64,000 bases of DNA from Acidobacteriota bacterium (lineage in GTDB: Bacteria > Acidobacteriota > UBA890 > WLXD01). The notes under the pieces were generated by a model. That model did no database searches, was not told the DNA's origin, and was given only the letters and a program-made list of their open reading frames with translations. The position numbers were made by a program, and so were the translations under genes. Where the stretch lies: positions 3,008,001 through 3,072,000 of the forward strand of contig CBDBHB010000009.1 in NCBI GenBank assembly GCA_965205505.1, read 5' to 3'. Positions 1 to 11,500 of the stretch are shown piece by piece. Positions within the stretch are counted from its first letter, which is position 1. Every line of letters begins with the position of its first letter.

Positions 1-1145
1 CGCGGCAGGGGAAATACATCATTGACCAGCAGCGCCACAGGCAACTGACGCGACAGCTCGAAACGGTGCGCGCCGAGCGGCAACGGTACGAAGCGCACGA
101 GCCTCAGCGCGTCAAGCAGTTCAAGCAATCGGCGTTGAACCGTTGGCTGTGGAGCGGTGAAAACGGGCTCGAACAAGACGAGTGCGAGCTGTATCTGCGC
201 GAGCCGGACCCGGCGATGCTCAACCAGGTCCCGGACCTACGGGGCAATGGCTTCCGCGTCTCGCTGGCTACCCGCTCCGACATCGACACGGGCGCGGGCG
301 CGGCCGGCCTCAGCGTCGAACAGGAGTGGAACTCCGACGTCATCGAACGGCTAGCCTACTAGGGCGACGTCGAAGAGGCGTGCTCGTCGTTCACGACGGC
401 CACCGGTGGCGATTTCCACATCAACGCCCTGGACGGCATCGCCGACAAGGGGGTGCTGCTGACCGACCAGGCGGGAGCGATCGGCACGGACCTGGGCAAA
501 AAGCCGTTGCCGCCGGTGACGGCCGTCACGTTCAAGGCCTACGTCATGCACACGGGGCCGATGTGGATTCGCCGCGAGGCGATCCAGGACGTGCATTTCG
601 CCCTGGAGAACCGTGCGGACATGCACGCCGTGCGTCGAATGGGGCGCGCCTGGAACGAGCTGTTCACCCAAGGGCACCAACACCGACCAGCCGCAGGGCA
701 TCGTGACGATCGCCAAGGCGGGGGTGACGGCGGCGGCCGCCAACGCGGTGACCTACTCGGAGCTGCTGGAGCTGGAGTATTCCGTGAACCGCGCCTATCG
801 CAAAAACCGCGAGGGGGGCGTGGGCGGCTTCACCGGCAGGGCTGCGGGCATGAGCGGCTTCATGTTCTCGGACAGCTTCGAGAAGCTGGCCCGCTCGCTG
901 GTGGACAGCGATGGTCGGCCCATGTGGACGCCGGGCATCACGGCGGGCACGTGTGGCATCACCGACGGGTTGCCGCCCCGGCTGCTCGGTTACCCCTACG
1001 TCGTCAACGACAACATGGACGCGGTGGCCACCGGCAAGGTGCCGTGCCTGTTCGGCAACCTCGGCTACTACGGTATCCGCACGGTGTCCTCGGTGGAGAT
1101 CTTCCGTTTCTGGGACTCCCGGACGGCACAGGCCAACTCGATCGA
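1..1145 (+). pseudogene. HK97-fold phage major capsid protein, disrupted and 3'-truncated
   Basis: Capsid-like motifs G-T-x-x-QPQGI, VTYSELLELEYSV, LVDSDGRPMW, RLLGYPYVVNDNM, LFGNLGYYGIR. In-frame TAG at 360-362, frameshift near 668, abrupt end near 1145. Frame is open to the window start. Confidence 0.8.
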
Positions 1146-2326
1146 GACGTGCTGTTCGGCGAGCCGGCGGCCGACCAACTCGGCTGGATCGGCGACCTGT
1201 TCATTAAGCTGCTGCGCATGATCATCGTGCCGTTGGTGCTGACATCGATCATCTCGGGTGCCGCGTCGGTGAGCGAGGGACGTGCCATCGGACGCCTGTT
1301 TCAGCAAGACGCTCGGCTACTACATCCTCTCCAGCCTGCTCGCGATCATGGCCGGCCTCTTGTTGGTCAACCTGATCCAACCCGGAGTCGGCGCTACCAT
1401 GACCGGCGCGGCGGCGCAGCAACCGCTCCCCGAGCTGGCGACGCCCAGCTCGCCGGTCGAGCTGATCCTCGACATCGTGCCGGACAACGTGATCCAGGCG
1501 GCGGCCAGCGCCGACATGCTAGCGATCATCTTCTTCAGCATCCTTTTCGGGCAGCGATTACCGCCCTGCCCGACGACACCCCAACGCACCTTGACCGATC
1601 TGTTCGGCGCCCTCTTTCAGACGATGATGCGGCTCACCTCGGGGATCATGAAGTTCCTGCCGATCGGTGTGTTCGCGTTGATCACGCGGATGGTGGCCAC
1701 TACCGGGTTCGAGGCGTTCCGGCCACTGGCGCTGTACGCTGCGACCGTCTGTAAGCGGCATCACCTTTCACCTGCTCGTCAGCCTACCACTGCTATTGGT
1801 CTTCCTGGGCAGGATCTCGCCCCGCATCCACTTCGCCAACATGCGCCAGCTGCTGCTGATCGCGTTCTCGACCAGCTCCTCAGGGGCGACGTTGCCGGTC
1901 ACCATCGACAGCGTCAAGAACAAGGTTGGCGTCTCCTAACAAGGTCACCTCGTTCGTCCTGCCGTAGGGGCGACGGTGAACATAGACGGCACCGCGGTCT
2001 TCGAGTGCGTCGGCGCCCTCTTCATCGCTCAGACGCTGGGTTTCGAGCTCGGCGTGATGCAGCAGGCGATCGTCGTGCTGACGGCGCTGCTGGCCTCGAT
2101 CGGCGCCGCGGCGATCTCCTCTGCCGGGCTGGTCGTGATCTTCATCGTCCTGGAAGCGATCAACCTGCGGGGCCCCGAGGTCAACCTGATCGTCGGCTCC
2201 ATGCTCGCCATCGACCGGCCGCTGGACATGTATCGCACCGCGGTCAACGTCTTCAGCGACTCTTGCGGCGCCGCCATCATCGCGCGGTCGGAGGGCGACC
2301 GCGACTTGGATACGGAGGTGAGATAG
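1146..2326 (+). pseudogene. Dicarboxylate/amino acid:cation symporter (GltP/DAACS family), 5'-truncated with several frameshifts and stops
   Basis: Motifs WIGDLFIKLLRMIIVPLV, LPIGVFALI, AFSTSSS, GATVNIDGTA, IDRPLDMYRTAVNVFSD are spread over three frames. Confidence 0.88.
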
Positions 2327-2449
2327 GGCCGGCGGCCTGGATCCCGCCAGCGCCCGATGGGATGTCCGGGCGACCGTTTCTCGAGCGCTTTCTTCGTGGC
2401 ACGGGTTTGGGGACCACCTGCCGGAATCTTCAGACTCGGAGGCGCGCTC

Positions 2450-2745
2450 GTGTCGCCGTTCAAATCCGACGTGTCGGTTCCCATCGTGCCAATGGCCGTC
2501 GAGACGTCGGCGAAGCGCTTCTGTCTCGAGTACCTGGGCTCTGAAATCGACTGGGAGCACCGATTCGGCGAGACATCTCCCCCTGTACATGCAGGTCCGA
2601 CAGGGTGGATCCGTGCTCCATCTCGACGGTCACGCGGGTGCTGAAGCTCCAAGGGGACGGTGCGCGTGACGTTGCAGGGTCTCGATCACTACCGCCAGCT
2701 GCTGTGTTCGAGGGCTCCCGGTGCCAACGCCCCTCGCTGGTCAGA
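2450..2745 (+). pseudogene. Glyoxalase/VOC-family protein, copy 1 (frameshifted, 3'-truncated)
   Basis: GGAGG then GTG; SVPIVPM..ETSAKRF.LEYLG.EIDWEHRF..PLYMQVRQG.SVLHL motifs. Confidence 0.7.
2468..2745 (+). repeat. Diverged ~280 bp direct repeat, copy 1 (copy 2 at 5029-5308)
   Basis: Shared blocks include GAGACGTCGGCGAAGCGCTTCT, GAAATCGACTGGGAGCACCGATT and GCAGGGTCTCGATCACTACCGCCAGCTGCTGTGTTCGAGGGCTCCCGGTGCCAACGCCCC. Confidence 0.95.
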
Positions 2746-2862
2746 CGACCGCTTCAAAGCTGTGTGCACGATCAACGACCAAGGCTCAGAACTGGAACGC
2801 GTTTACAGATACCCCTCGGACTTGACCACAGGCGCGCTCAACAAATCTAGGACGTCACCTCG

Positions 2863-3739
2863 ATGCCTCGAAAGATTGGACGCAACGAACCTTGCCCCCG
2901 CGGGAGCGGAAAAAAATACAAGAAGTGCTGCGTCGTTGAGGACGAAAAGAACACGCGAGGCTTGAGGGCCGAACATCCGGCAGGTGGGGGAGGGGTCGCC
3001 CGGGCGCTCTCTTGGCTGTCCGCGCGGTATTGCGTCGAAAGCATGGAAGCGCTCGAGAGGCTCGCGCAACCACCCTCAGCACTTGTCGATGCTGCGACGG
3101 GAGATCCGATCCTTCTAACGAACATCCACTATCGTGTCCGGGACTGGGCGCCCATCGAGGCTGCCCTCGAAGCGGATGCTCGAATCGAGCCGACTGGCGA
3201 GAGTAACTGGACCTGCTTCGAATCGACATCAGCAGACGAGCCGCGGCGCATCGTGTGGACGGTCAGCCGGAGGCGCAACAAGAAAGAAGAGCGCATCGAA
3301 GTGTATGCTCAAACCGCAGAGCGAGCCGCCGAGGCTGCATGCTGGTTTGCAGACCACGCAGAGGATGCGCTCGAACTGATTACGCGCGAGTTCATCGATC
3401 CAGCGCATCTGTGGAAAGACCGTCCATCACGAGAACATAGTCCAGAGCCTTTTCCGAGCCCGCTTGATGACATGTCCCCTGATGAAGCCACCGAGTCCAG
3501 TCAATAAATCCACGTTGCATGTGTACCGTAATTGGCACAATGAGCCTATCCCGGCGCTCGCGAACCAGACCCCCGAGCAAGCCATGCGTTCCAAGTCAGG
3601 CCGACGCGACATCGTTCGGCTCATGAAGAGCTATGATATCTAGGAGGAGCACCGCGCGGAAACAGAAGATCGACCCGCGATCGACTACGGTTTTCTTTGC
3701 AAGAGGCTAGGAATGTCTCGGCGCGAGGAGTCGGGCTAG
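2863..3739 (+). pseudogene. SEC-C motif protein with a detached C-terminal MbcA/ParS/Xre-like domain
   Basis: N-terminal GRNEPCPRGSGKKYKKCC; TAA at 3505-3507. A shifted frame from 3521 reads YRNWHNEPIPALANQTPEQAM, has a TAG at 3641 and continues IDYGFLCKRLG. Confidence 0.7.
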
Positions 3740-3872
3740 ATATGCCTGCCGACGGGCAATCGCGCCAGCCGACGCAGCCGCGCCGCCGGACAGCGCAGCG
3801 ATGTCGGCCGACCGTGGAAAGAGCGTGACTTCCTAGGCGTCCTGCGCCCGACACGGTGGAGACGGAATCGTC

Positions 3873-5018
3873 ATGTGTAGCACGTCTGTGGAGTGCAAAT
3901 GGCCAATGAAAGACACGGCCGCCATCAACGTTGCCGTGCGAAGAATCCCATGTGCCCTGCTGTTCGCTTTGAATGCTGTGGGAGCCGCTGGCTGCGTCTC
4001 GAACCCCACCTTGGAGATGTTCCAGGCCGATGATCCTGCATGCTACGACCGCTCCGTCCAATCCCAAACTGCGGTGGTGGATACTCATCTCCACTTCCGG
4101 CCGTTTGGAGGTCCTGCGATCCCGTTCGAGGAACTGGTCTCCTATCTCGAGGAGACCGGCGTCGTGTTCGCCAACATCTATGGCGTTGGCCAGACGCTGC
4201 CCGTGACTACGTCCTGCACCTATTACTTGGACTGTCCCGGTACGCCGGTGACACCGACGTTGAAGAATGACTTTCTCAATGCCGCCAACACCATCATGAA
4301 CGCGCCCGCTGGGATCCATCTGACGCTCTCGATGAGCTTCCCGGACTTGTCGCGCCCAGAGACGATCCTCCCCAGGATGCAACTGCTGAACGAGGAATAC
4401 CCCAGAGCATTCGCCTGGATGGGCGAAATCAACCTGGTGAAACAAGCGCTGTTCGGCAACGGGAGGGCGCCGGTCCCCCTGGCGACGCTACTCAGGTGGG
4501 CGCCTTTCATGGAGGCGCTGCGGGAACGAGATATCCCGCTGGCGATTCACGCCGATTTGGGCAACGACGAGGAACCGACACGACACCTGCCGCTCATGGA
4601 GGAAGTGCTGCGCTTGTATCCGGACAACGCAATCGTTTGGGTGCACATGGGCCTGTCCCGGGAACTGGTCAACATGAACGCCGTCCAGCATATTCGAATC
4701 ATGAGTGCGCTGCTGGATCGTTATTCGAAGCTGCTGTTGGATATCTCCTGGCGGGTGCTCGACGATGCCTACTTCTCAGACCCGGACAACCGGACGCTCT
4801 ATGCGTCGTTTCTGAATGAGTACTCGGAGCGAATCCTGCCGGGAACGGACTTCTTGGCATCGAGTGACAAAGACATCGCCGTCTATCGCACCGAGCTGCA
4901 GATCACCAGTCGGATCCTGCGTGACTTGAACGACACGGCCTTCCGCAACATCGCCTTGGGTCAGAACTATTTCCGCTTGTTGGATCTGGACTACACCGCG
5001 CCGCCGGTATGTCAATGA
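3873..5018 (+). CDS. Amidohydrolase-superfamily metallohydrolase, probably exported
   Basis: VVDTHLHF HxH motif, AWMGEIN, LAIHAD, VWVHMG, LPGTDF; hydrophobic leader ending AAGC. Start is uncertain. Confidence 0.8.
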   Translation: MCSTSVECKWPMKDTAAINVAVRRIPCALLFALNAVGAAGCVSNPTLEMFQADDPACYDRSVQSQTAVVDTHLHFRPFGGPAIPFEELVSYLEETGVVFANIYGVGQTLPVTTSCTYYLDCPGTPVTPTLKNDFLNAANTIMNAPAGIHLTLSMSFPDLSRPETILPRMQLLNEEYPRAFAWMGEINLVKQALFGNGRAPVPLATLLRWAPFMEALRERDIPLAIHADLGNDEEPTRHLPLMEEVLRLYPDNAIVWVHMGLSRELVNMNAVQHIRIMSALLDRYSKLLLDISWRVLDDAYFSDPDNRTLYASFLNEYSERILPGTDFLASSDKDIAVYRTELQITSRILRDLNDTAFRNIALGQNYFRLLDLDYTAPPVCQ

Positions 5019-5391
5019 AACCCGAATTCGACGTGTCGGTTCCCGTCGTGCCGATGACCGACGAGACGTCGGCGAAGCGCTTCTAATCTCGAGTACCTGG
5101 GCATGAAATCGACTGGGAGCACCGATTTAGCGATACATCGCCCCTGTACATGCAGGTCCGATAGGGTGGATCCGTAATCCATCTCGACGGTCACACGGGC
5201 GCTGAAGCTCCAAGGGCACGGTGCGTGTGACGGTGCAGGGTCTCGATCACTACCGCCAGCTGCTGTGTTCGAGGGCTCCCGGTGCCAACGCCCCCTCGCT
5301 GGTTAGACCACGGGGTACGAATCGGGAAATGCCGATCGAGGACCCGTCGGGGAACCTGCTGATCTTCGCGGAGCCGGACTCCGACGACTAG
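5015..5391 (+). pseudogene. Glyoxalase/VOC-family protein, copy 2 (stops and frameshifts)
   Basis: ATG overlaps the upstream stop (ATGA); MKPEFDVSVPVVPMTDETSAKRF* and C-terminal IEDPSGNLLIFAEP. Confidence 0.72.
5029..5308 (+). repeat. Diverged ~280 bp direct repeat, copy 2
   Basis: Aligns by eye with 2468-2745. Confidence 0.95.
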
Positions 5392-5581
5392 CGAGCACCG
5401 GTCTGTTCATCAAGACCGAGCCGTCAACCGAGCACGATTGATCCTGATGTGGGACTGGACTTGTGCTAGCAATCGAGCGTCACGATGAGTGCCCTGGGTG
5501 GCCGGCCGGGACCTCGATTCCGGGCGGGCTCGGGGCGATGGAGCGCCCGCGAGGGGCAGGCGCTACGGCGATGCAGGCCAC

Positions 5582-5695
5582 ATGTCCACGAAAACCCAAC
5601 CTCGTAGGGCCGGTGAGATGATCGACTTGGAGGAGCGGATCGCGGCGCTGCAGGGGATGGACTTGCCCACGCTCCGTGATGAATGGCGTCGTCCT
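5582..5695 (+). pseudogene. DUF2924-like protein, N-terminal fragment
   Basis: LEERIAALQGMDLPTLRDEWRR resembles DUF2924 N-termini; it is cut off by an IS3 fragment. Confidence 0.5.
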
Positions 5696-5699
5696 TCTT

Positions 5700-5835
5700 G
5701 GCCCTCCTGCCCGACTCCACCTCCTGCAGAACCCGGATGATCTGCTCTTCGCTGAATCGACTCTTGCGCATCCGCTCCTCCGTAGCTTGACCAGTCTCGC
5801 ATTTCCACTGTGCCGAGTTTACGGGGAGCACGTCA
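5700..5835 (-). mobile_element. IS3-family left-end remnant
   Basis: Minus strand begins TGACGTGCTCCCCGTAAACTCGGCACA, followed by GGAGGAG and MRKSRFSEEQIIRVLQEVESG. Confidence 0.8.
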
Positions 5836-5895
5836 GATTAGGCCTCGGATCGGCGGGATCGAGGGACGATCTCAGTATACACTTAGCCCTGACGC

Positions 5896-6267
5896 TCATC
5901 TCGGCATATACTTAGCTGTGACGCTCGAAGATGCTGAACTGATTGTCTTGCCGTAGGTGCCGCGCCCGCGCTTGCCCTTGATCCGACGCGCCCCGAAGAA
6001 GCTCTCGCCCACCTCGACGACCCCGAGCGGGCGCTGCGCTTCACAGGCAAGCACAATGCGTTGCCGCAAGCCCCGGTACAGCCGGTTCACAGTGTTGCGG
6101 TTCCGACCGCTCAGCGCCGCCGTCTGAAGGGCTGTGAGATCGGCCGCGAGGCAGCGCACGATCTCGCGGGTCTGGGCCTCGGACATCCTTGCACGCTTCC
6201 CGCACCTGTTTTTCATTGTCATGCTTAGCCTTATGCCTCATCCAGAGACTCTCAGCTAGGCAAGACC
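5896..6267 (-). mobile_element. IS1595-family transposase remnant
   Basis: LTALQTAALSG.NRNTVNRLY, VVEVGESFFGARRIKGKRGRG (the usual EVDES Asp is a Gly); putative end GGGTCTTGCCTAGCT. Confidence 0.8.
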
Positions 6268-6306
6268 CTTTCTTTATTGGAGTTCCCCATGGCCGCGTTC
6301 CGGCCT

Positions 6307-6620
6307 TCACCCATCTAACCGGAAGCCCCAGTCGTAGCTGATGCGCACGTAGTAGTAAGCGCCGTTAAAGCCGAAAGGCGAAGACTGACCGTATCGGATT
6401 CCTTGGCCAGCAGCGCCCAGCAGGTTGACGTCCGGGTACGTGTTCAGAATGTTCTGGGCCCCCGTGGAGAAGGTGAGCTCGTCGTTGATAGGTACGTTGA
6501 ACACGACATCGAGAAGCACCTTGCCCCGGTACAACTGGTACAGGTAGGACAGGTCGGGGTTGCCGAGCGTTGCCGTTGCCCAGGTTCTAGCGTCTTCCTG
6601 GTCCCAGTACTGGCCGTTTC
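6307..6620 (-). pseudogene. TonB-dependent receptor C-terminal fragment, fused in frame to IS3 OrfB
   Basis: FSTGAQNILNTYPD...SPFGFNGAYYYVRISYDW beta-barrel terminus. Confidence 0.75.
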
Positions 6621-7765
6621 GAGTGCGCTGCGGCGGTCGGCGCTCGTTGTAGAAGTCCATCCAGCAGCCGATCCCGGCCCGAGCCTCGGAGCCAGTCGCG
6701 TACTCTGACAGATAGACTTGCTCGTATTTCAGTGATCGCCACAGCCGCTCGATGAAGACGTTGTCCATCCAGCGGCCCTTGCCGTCCATGGAGATCCGAA
6801 TGCCGGCCTCCTTGAGCGCGTCGGTGAAGTCGACGCTGGTGAATTGGCTACCCTGATCAGTGTTGAAGATCTCGGGCGCATCGTAGCGCTCGAGAGCCTC
6901 TTGCAAGGCCTCGGCGCAGAAGCTCGCATCGAGCGTGTTGGACAGGCGCCAGGACAGCACCTTGCGGCTCGCCCAGTCCATCACCGCAACCAGGTACAGA
7001 AAACCTCGCTGCAGCGGGATGTAGGTCACATCCGCACACCAAACGTGGTTCGGTCGCGTGATCTGCAGATCGCCCAGCAGGTAGGGATAGATCCTGTGCT
7101 CCGGGTGCGGCTGAGACGTCCTGGGCCGCTGGAAGATAGCTTGCAACCGCAGCAGCCGCATCAGGCGGCGCACCCGCTTGCGAGAGACCGTGTAGCCCTG
7201 ACGATGTAGCCAGCGTTTCATCTGACGGGAGCCGTAGAACGGCGTCTCCAAAAACTGCTCGTCGATCAACCGCATCAGGCGCAGGTTCAACGGACTCTCG
7301 CCCTTGCCCTCGTAGTAGAACGACGAGCGCGCGATCGACACCAAGCAGCACTGTCGCGCGATGCTGAGCCTTGCGTGGTCGCGATCAACCATCGCTACTC
7401 TCCGGCCGCGGCTCAACGACCGAAGACTTTGGATAAAAAATCCCGCTCGATGACGAGCTCTCCGATCTTCGCCCGCAGCTCCTTGATCTCCGCCTCCCGA
7501 GAGACCTCATCCCGCTCTTGCTTGCCCGAGAAGCCGGCCAGTACCTTCTGCCGAGCCTTCTTCTTCCAGTTGGCGATCAGGTTCGGATGCACATCGTAGC
7601 GGGCTGCCAGCTCCGCCATCGTCGCTTCCTCCCGAAGCGCCTCCAAAGCGACCTTCGCCTTCAGCTCAGCAGGATAACTTCGTCTCTTCCGTGGCATTCC
7701 AGACTCCTTCTCCTTGGTCTGGATTCCACCTTAGCAAGCTGTCCGAATTTCGGGGTCCACCTCTA
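6620..7765 (-). mobile_element. IS3-family element lacking its right end (orfA 7413-7697, orfB from 7416)
   Basis: Left end TAGAGGTGGACCCCGAAATTCGGACAG; HTH OrfA; OrfB DDE motifs WCADVTY, FNTDQGSQF, DNVFIERLWRSLKYE; TTGA stop/start overlap. Confidence 0.93.
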
Positions 7766-8791
7766 TGACCCACGCAAGGGCACGCTATCGTCTCGACAGC
7801 TGGCCATGCTGCCCCCGCCGGACGAGTTCACGATGCTGCTTCTGGACCCACCGGACCACACGCGGCTGCGGGCGGTCGTCAGGACGGCGTTTACCCCGAG
7901 GGCGGTCAACGCGCTTGAGTCCCGCATCCGCGCCATTCTGGGGGCCCTGCTGGACGACATCGACGACCCGACGGCGTTCGACTTTATGCAGGCAGTGGCC
8001 CGGCCCCTGCCAGTGATCGTCATCGCCGAGATGCTGGGCGTTCCGGCTGAAGACAGGGCACAATTCATGATCTGGTCGGAGCAGCGTGCGCGACTGTTGG
8101 ACCCGATGATCGGTGCGCGCGAACGTAAGGCCGGCGCGGCGGCCTCGCGGGCGTTCGACGCCTATTTCCGACCGATCATCGAGGAGCGGCGCGCCGAGCC
8201 GCGCGACGACATCGTAAGCACCCTCCTGGTGCGAGCGCAGGACGAAAGCGTACATTTGAGCGAACGCGAGACGCTGAACATGCTTCGGCTTCTGCTCAGC
8301 GCCGGCAACGAGACCACCGTAAACCTGATCGAAACGGCATCCTGGCCCTGCTTCGGCATCCCGAACAGCTTCAACGGCTCCGGGAAGACCCGAGCCTGAT
8401 CCCGGCGGCCGTGGAGGAACTGCTGCGCTTCGACTCTCCGGTGCAGGTGGATTTTCGGCGTGTGCTCGCGGACTGCGAGGTCAACGGCTCTCCGCTACGA
8501 GAACGTGACAATGTCGTCCTTCTTCTGGGCGCAGCCAACCGGGATCCGGACGTGTTCGAGAATCCGGACCGGCTCGATGTTGATCGCCACCAGGGTTCGC
8601 ACCTCTCTTTCGGGAGCGGGATCCACCATTGCCTCGGCGCCCTGCTAGCGCGTTTGGAAGGCCGGATCGTTCTCGAGATACTGCTCGACCGGTTCAAGTC
8701 GATGAGCCTATTTGAGGATCACCCGCGGTTTCGCAAGAGCCTCATCATCCGAGGCCCCCAATCCCTGGCGGTGCGCTGCCGCAGACTCTGA
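7766..8791 (+). pseudogene. Cytochrome P450, 5'-truncated by IS3 and frameshifted near 8330
   Basis: DPPDHTRLR, AGNETT, EELLR (ExxR), heme motif FGSGIHHCLG. Confidence 0.92.
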
Positions 8792-8958
8792 GGCATGGAC
8801 GCCATGTATCTCGGCGGTGGCTAGTTCGTCCCTGCTTCGGCGATAGTATCTCCAGCGGTGGCGGTGGCTTATTCGGTGCAGCAAGGAAGAGCGCTAGCCG
8901 TCGGAGATGATTGAGTCAGGAGTGTGCCCGAAGGAAAATCCTGCGATAAAGGCACCAT

Positions 8959-9078
8959 CATGAGCGAAGGAGACACATTCGATCGCATCCTGGCATCGTT
9001 GCACGAAGCCGCGCTCGACGACGCCTACTGGCCAGCCGCCTCCGCCCTTATAGATGACGCGCTCCGCGCGAAGGGCCA
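8959..9078 (+). pseudogene. N-terminal fragment of a putative LuxR-type HTH regulator
   Basis: MSEGDTFDRILASLHEAALDDAYWPAASALIDDAL, then an abrupt end. Confidence 0.45.
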
Positions 9079-9552
9079 CGACCGGGCTGGCCGTCGACCT
9101 GCGGGTGCGGATGCTGGTGGTGCACCAGGCTGAAGGGTTCCGGGAGCGGGGGCATGGCGCTGTCGCTGAGCTACAACCCGACGCCGTCGACGCCGCTGGG
9201 CTTTACGGCGCGGGTGGCGCCGTCGTGGAGCGGTGAGGCGACGAGCGGGGCCGAGGCGATGTGGGGCCGGGAGACGATGGCGGGGATGGAGCACGGCGGC
9301 GGCGACGACGGCACCCGGCTCGATGCGGAGGTTAGCTACGGGCTGCCGGTGGGCAGCCGCTTCGTGGGGACGCCGCGGGCCGGCGTCAGAACCTCGGAGT
9401 ACGGACGGGACTACCGGGTCGGCTACGGCCTTGGAGTGCTCGACCGGGAGCGTCTGAACCTCGAACTGGAGGTCGATGCGCACCGCCGTGAGAGTCCGAT
9501 GCTGGACGGCACAGATCACGGCGCGCTCGCGCGGGCCACGATACGCTGGTAG
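9078..9552 (+). pseudogene. Autotransporter-like beta-barrel C-terminal fragment
   Basis: Amphipathic strands RLDAEVSYGLPV, RDYRVGYGL and terminal ARATIRW; frameshift near 9150. Confidence 0.65.
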
Positions 9553-9680
9553 CGGCGGCGCCCAGGCACCGCCTGGGGCGCGCCGGAGGACAGCGAGGAG
9601 GACGGGGCCGGCGCACCACGCCGGCCCATACCTGCCAGTCCGGCCCCGCGGCCGCAATCAGTGACCGCCCGCGTCCAGCC

Positions 9681-10099
9681 TCATCGCTCGTATTGCTCTC
9701 GTCGCACTTTGTCGGCGTGGGCGGCACTTACGATCCAGTCTACGGGCTCCAGCTCCCGCAGGTCTTGCACGTCCCACCATTGACACAAATCCTCCAGTGC
9801 GGCGGCTATGGGCCAGGGGTTGCCTGAGAACTCTGCGACCAGCTCCACGGCTCCGAGAAATTCGCGCTTCGATCCCTCAGGGCCATAGAGGCTGGCAAGC
9901 TCGTAGTCCACCGGCAGGGGGCGGTATCGGTGGCCTGGAGCCGCCAGCTTCGCCAGGATCTCTGCCTTCTGGGTACGTAGAGCCGCGAGGATGTGGCGCG
10001 GCAACGGCTCAGGGCCTCGGACTCAGAGCTTGTCGCCACGAGGTTCCAGCTCAAGCCCACAGCCGTTCGAGCGCGGTGGACCAGCTCCGTGGCGTTCAC
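9681..10099 (-). pseudogene. Small mobile-element protein with a TubC_N-like N-terminus, disrupted
   Basis: GTG overlaps the DUF3631 stop; shifted frame reads LELEPRGDKL*VRGPEPLPRHILAALRTQKAEIL. Confidence 0.5.
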
Positions 10100-11500
10100 A
10101 GTTCCACCTCAACGTATCGGCCCTGCTCGCCAGAGGGGTCTGCACCCGGTACCCTCGGTACTTTGCAGTCCTGGTAGGGGTTTTCGGCTACCTTGAACCC
10201 GGTACCGACGCCTTCCGGTACCGGGTCGCCATCTGCCTCATTGCCAGAGCCGGCGCGGGTTGTACCGGGGGTACCGGGTGCGGACGGTGCATCAGAGTCA
10301 GGAGCTTGTGCTGGGGTATATCGCTCCCACACCTCCTCCAGATCAGCACGCTCGTAGCCGCGCACCTTCTTGCCGTCGATCTTCATCTGACGAGGCCGCA
10401 CGTCGAAGTGCCGCAGCAACGTTGCCAGCTGCTGGGTGCTCAGCGGCCTGCCACGACGCCACTCGGGCCAGGGACGATCCTCACGATCCGTCAGGCGGTC
10501 CACGATCTGCTGGGACGCAAGCCGGCAGGCGCCATACTCGTCGAACAGCTCGCGCAGATCTCCCAGCAGCAGAATGCGGACGGAGCCGTCTTCACGCTGA
10601 CCGACACCGGACAAAAGCCTAGCAGCCTCCCTCGCCCGGTCCGGCCAGACACCCCCCGCCACTTCTGCGATGGCAAGTAGGGTCCGCCAGTTGTCGGCGG
10701 CACGGTCGTTCAGGCCATCGGGCACGTCGGGATCGGCGTTGCGGAGCGCCTCGCGGTGATCGGCAGCCCACCGCGCCGCCTGGCGGAGCACGTCCTCAAG
10801 GTCGAGGCTTCCGAGTCGCAATCGCTCGACCTTCTCGGCCGGTGTCTTGCGCTGCATGGGGACCACGATGGAGCGGTCCTGCAGCGTGTCCGTCAGGTTG
10901 CCGATCAGAGCCACGGCTTTCGGTCCCCATGTGGAGAACTTAGCCGGCTCGTGGTCTTCGCCCACAGTGCGAATCACGTACGCGGTTCCCCGCGTGTGCC
11001 CAGCATTCAGAATGCCTCGAAGCTCCTCCCGCTCTCGGAAAAACGAGTCCGCCTCATCGACCAATAGGGTCGGTCTCCATTTCTCTACCGCACGGAACAG
11101 CGCGGCCGGCGTGATATTGGAAGCAGCGAGCGGTCTCGGCACGAGGCGGCTGAGCACTGTCAGCGCGGTGGTCTTGCCGCACCGCTTCTCCGGCGACACC
11201 AGCGCCAGTAGTGGAGAAACGTCGGCAGCATCGTGCGCGTGAGCGAAGACGGTCCAGAGGGCGAAGGCCGTTGCGGCCCCCTCTGCCAGCACCGCGAATC
11301 GAGTGAACGTCTGGGCAAGAGCGGCCAGGAGAACGGCTCCATCCACTGATTCTGGCCACAGCTCCGGATCTGCCAACGCGACACTCGCCCCCTGGTCGGT
11401 GCGGTCCTTCGCCGGTCCACCGTCCAGACGCCGAAGGTCTTTGCGCGCCTCGTCGCGCAGAGTGTCGATCACGCTGACTCGCCAGTCACTGGCTCGCGCG
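10096..11500 (-). pseudogene. DUF3631 phage/satellite replication protein, 5'-truncated
   Basis: SPEKRCGKTT, PTLLVDEADSF, LRGILNAGH, DRAADNW, DRPWPEW, KKVRGYER. The N-terminus of the called ORF is antisense selO. Confidence 0.85.

Noticed and set aside
2330-5460. Integron cassette array
   Set aside because: No convincing attC sites; the repeats are coding-derived, and the integrase is Arm-type, not IntI.
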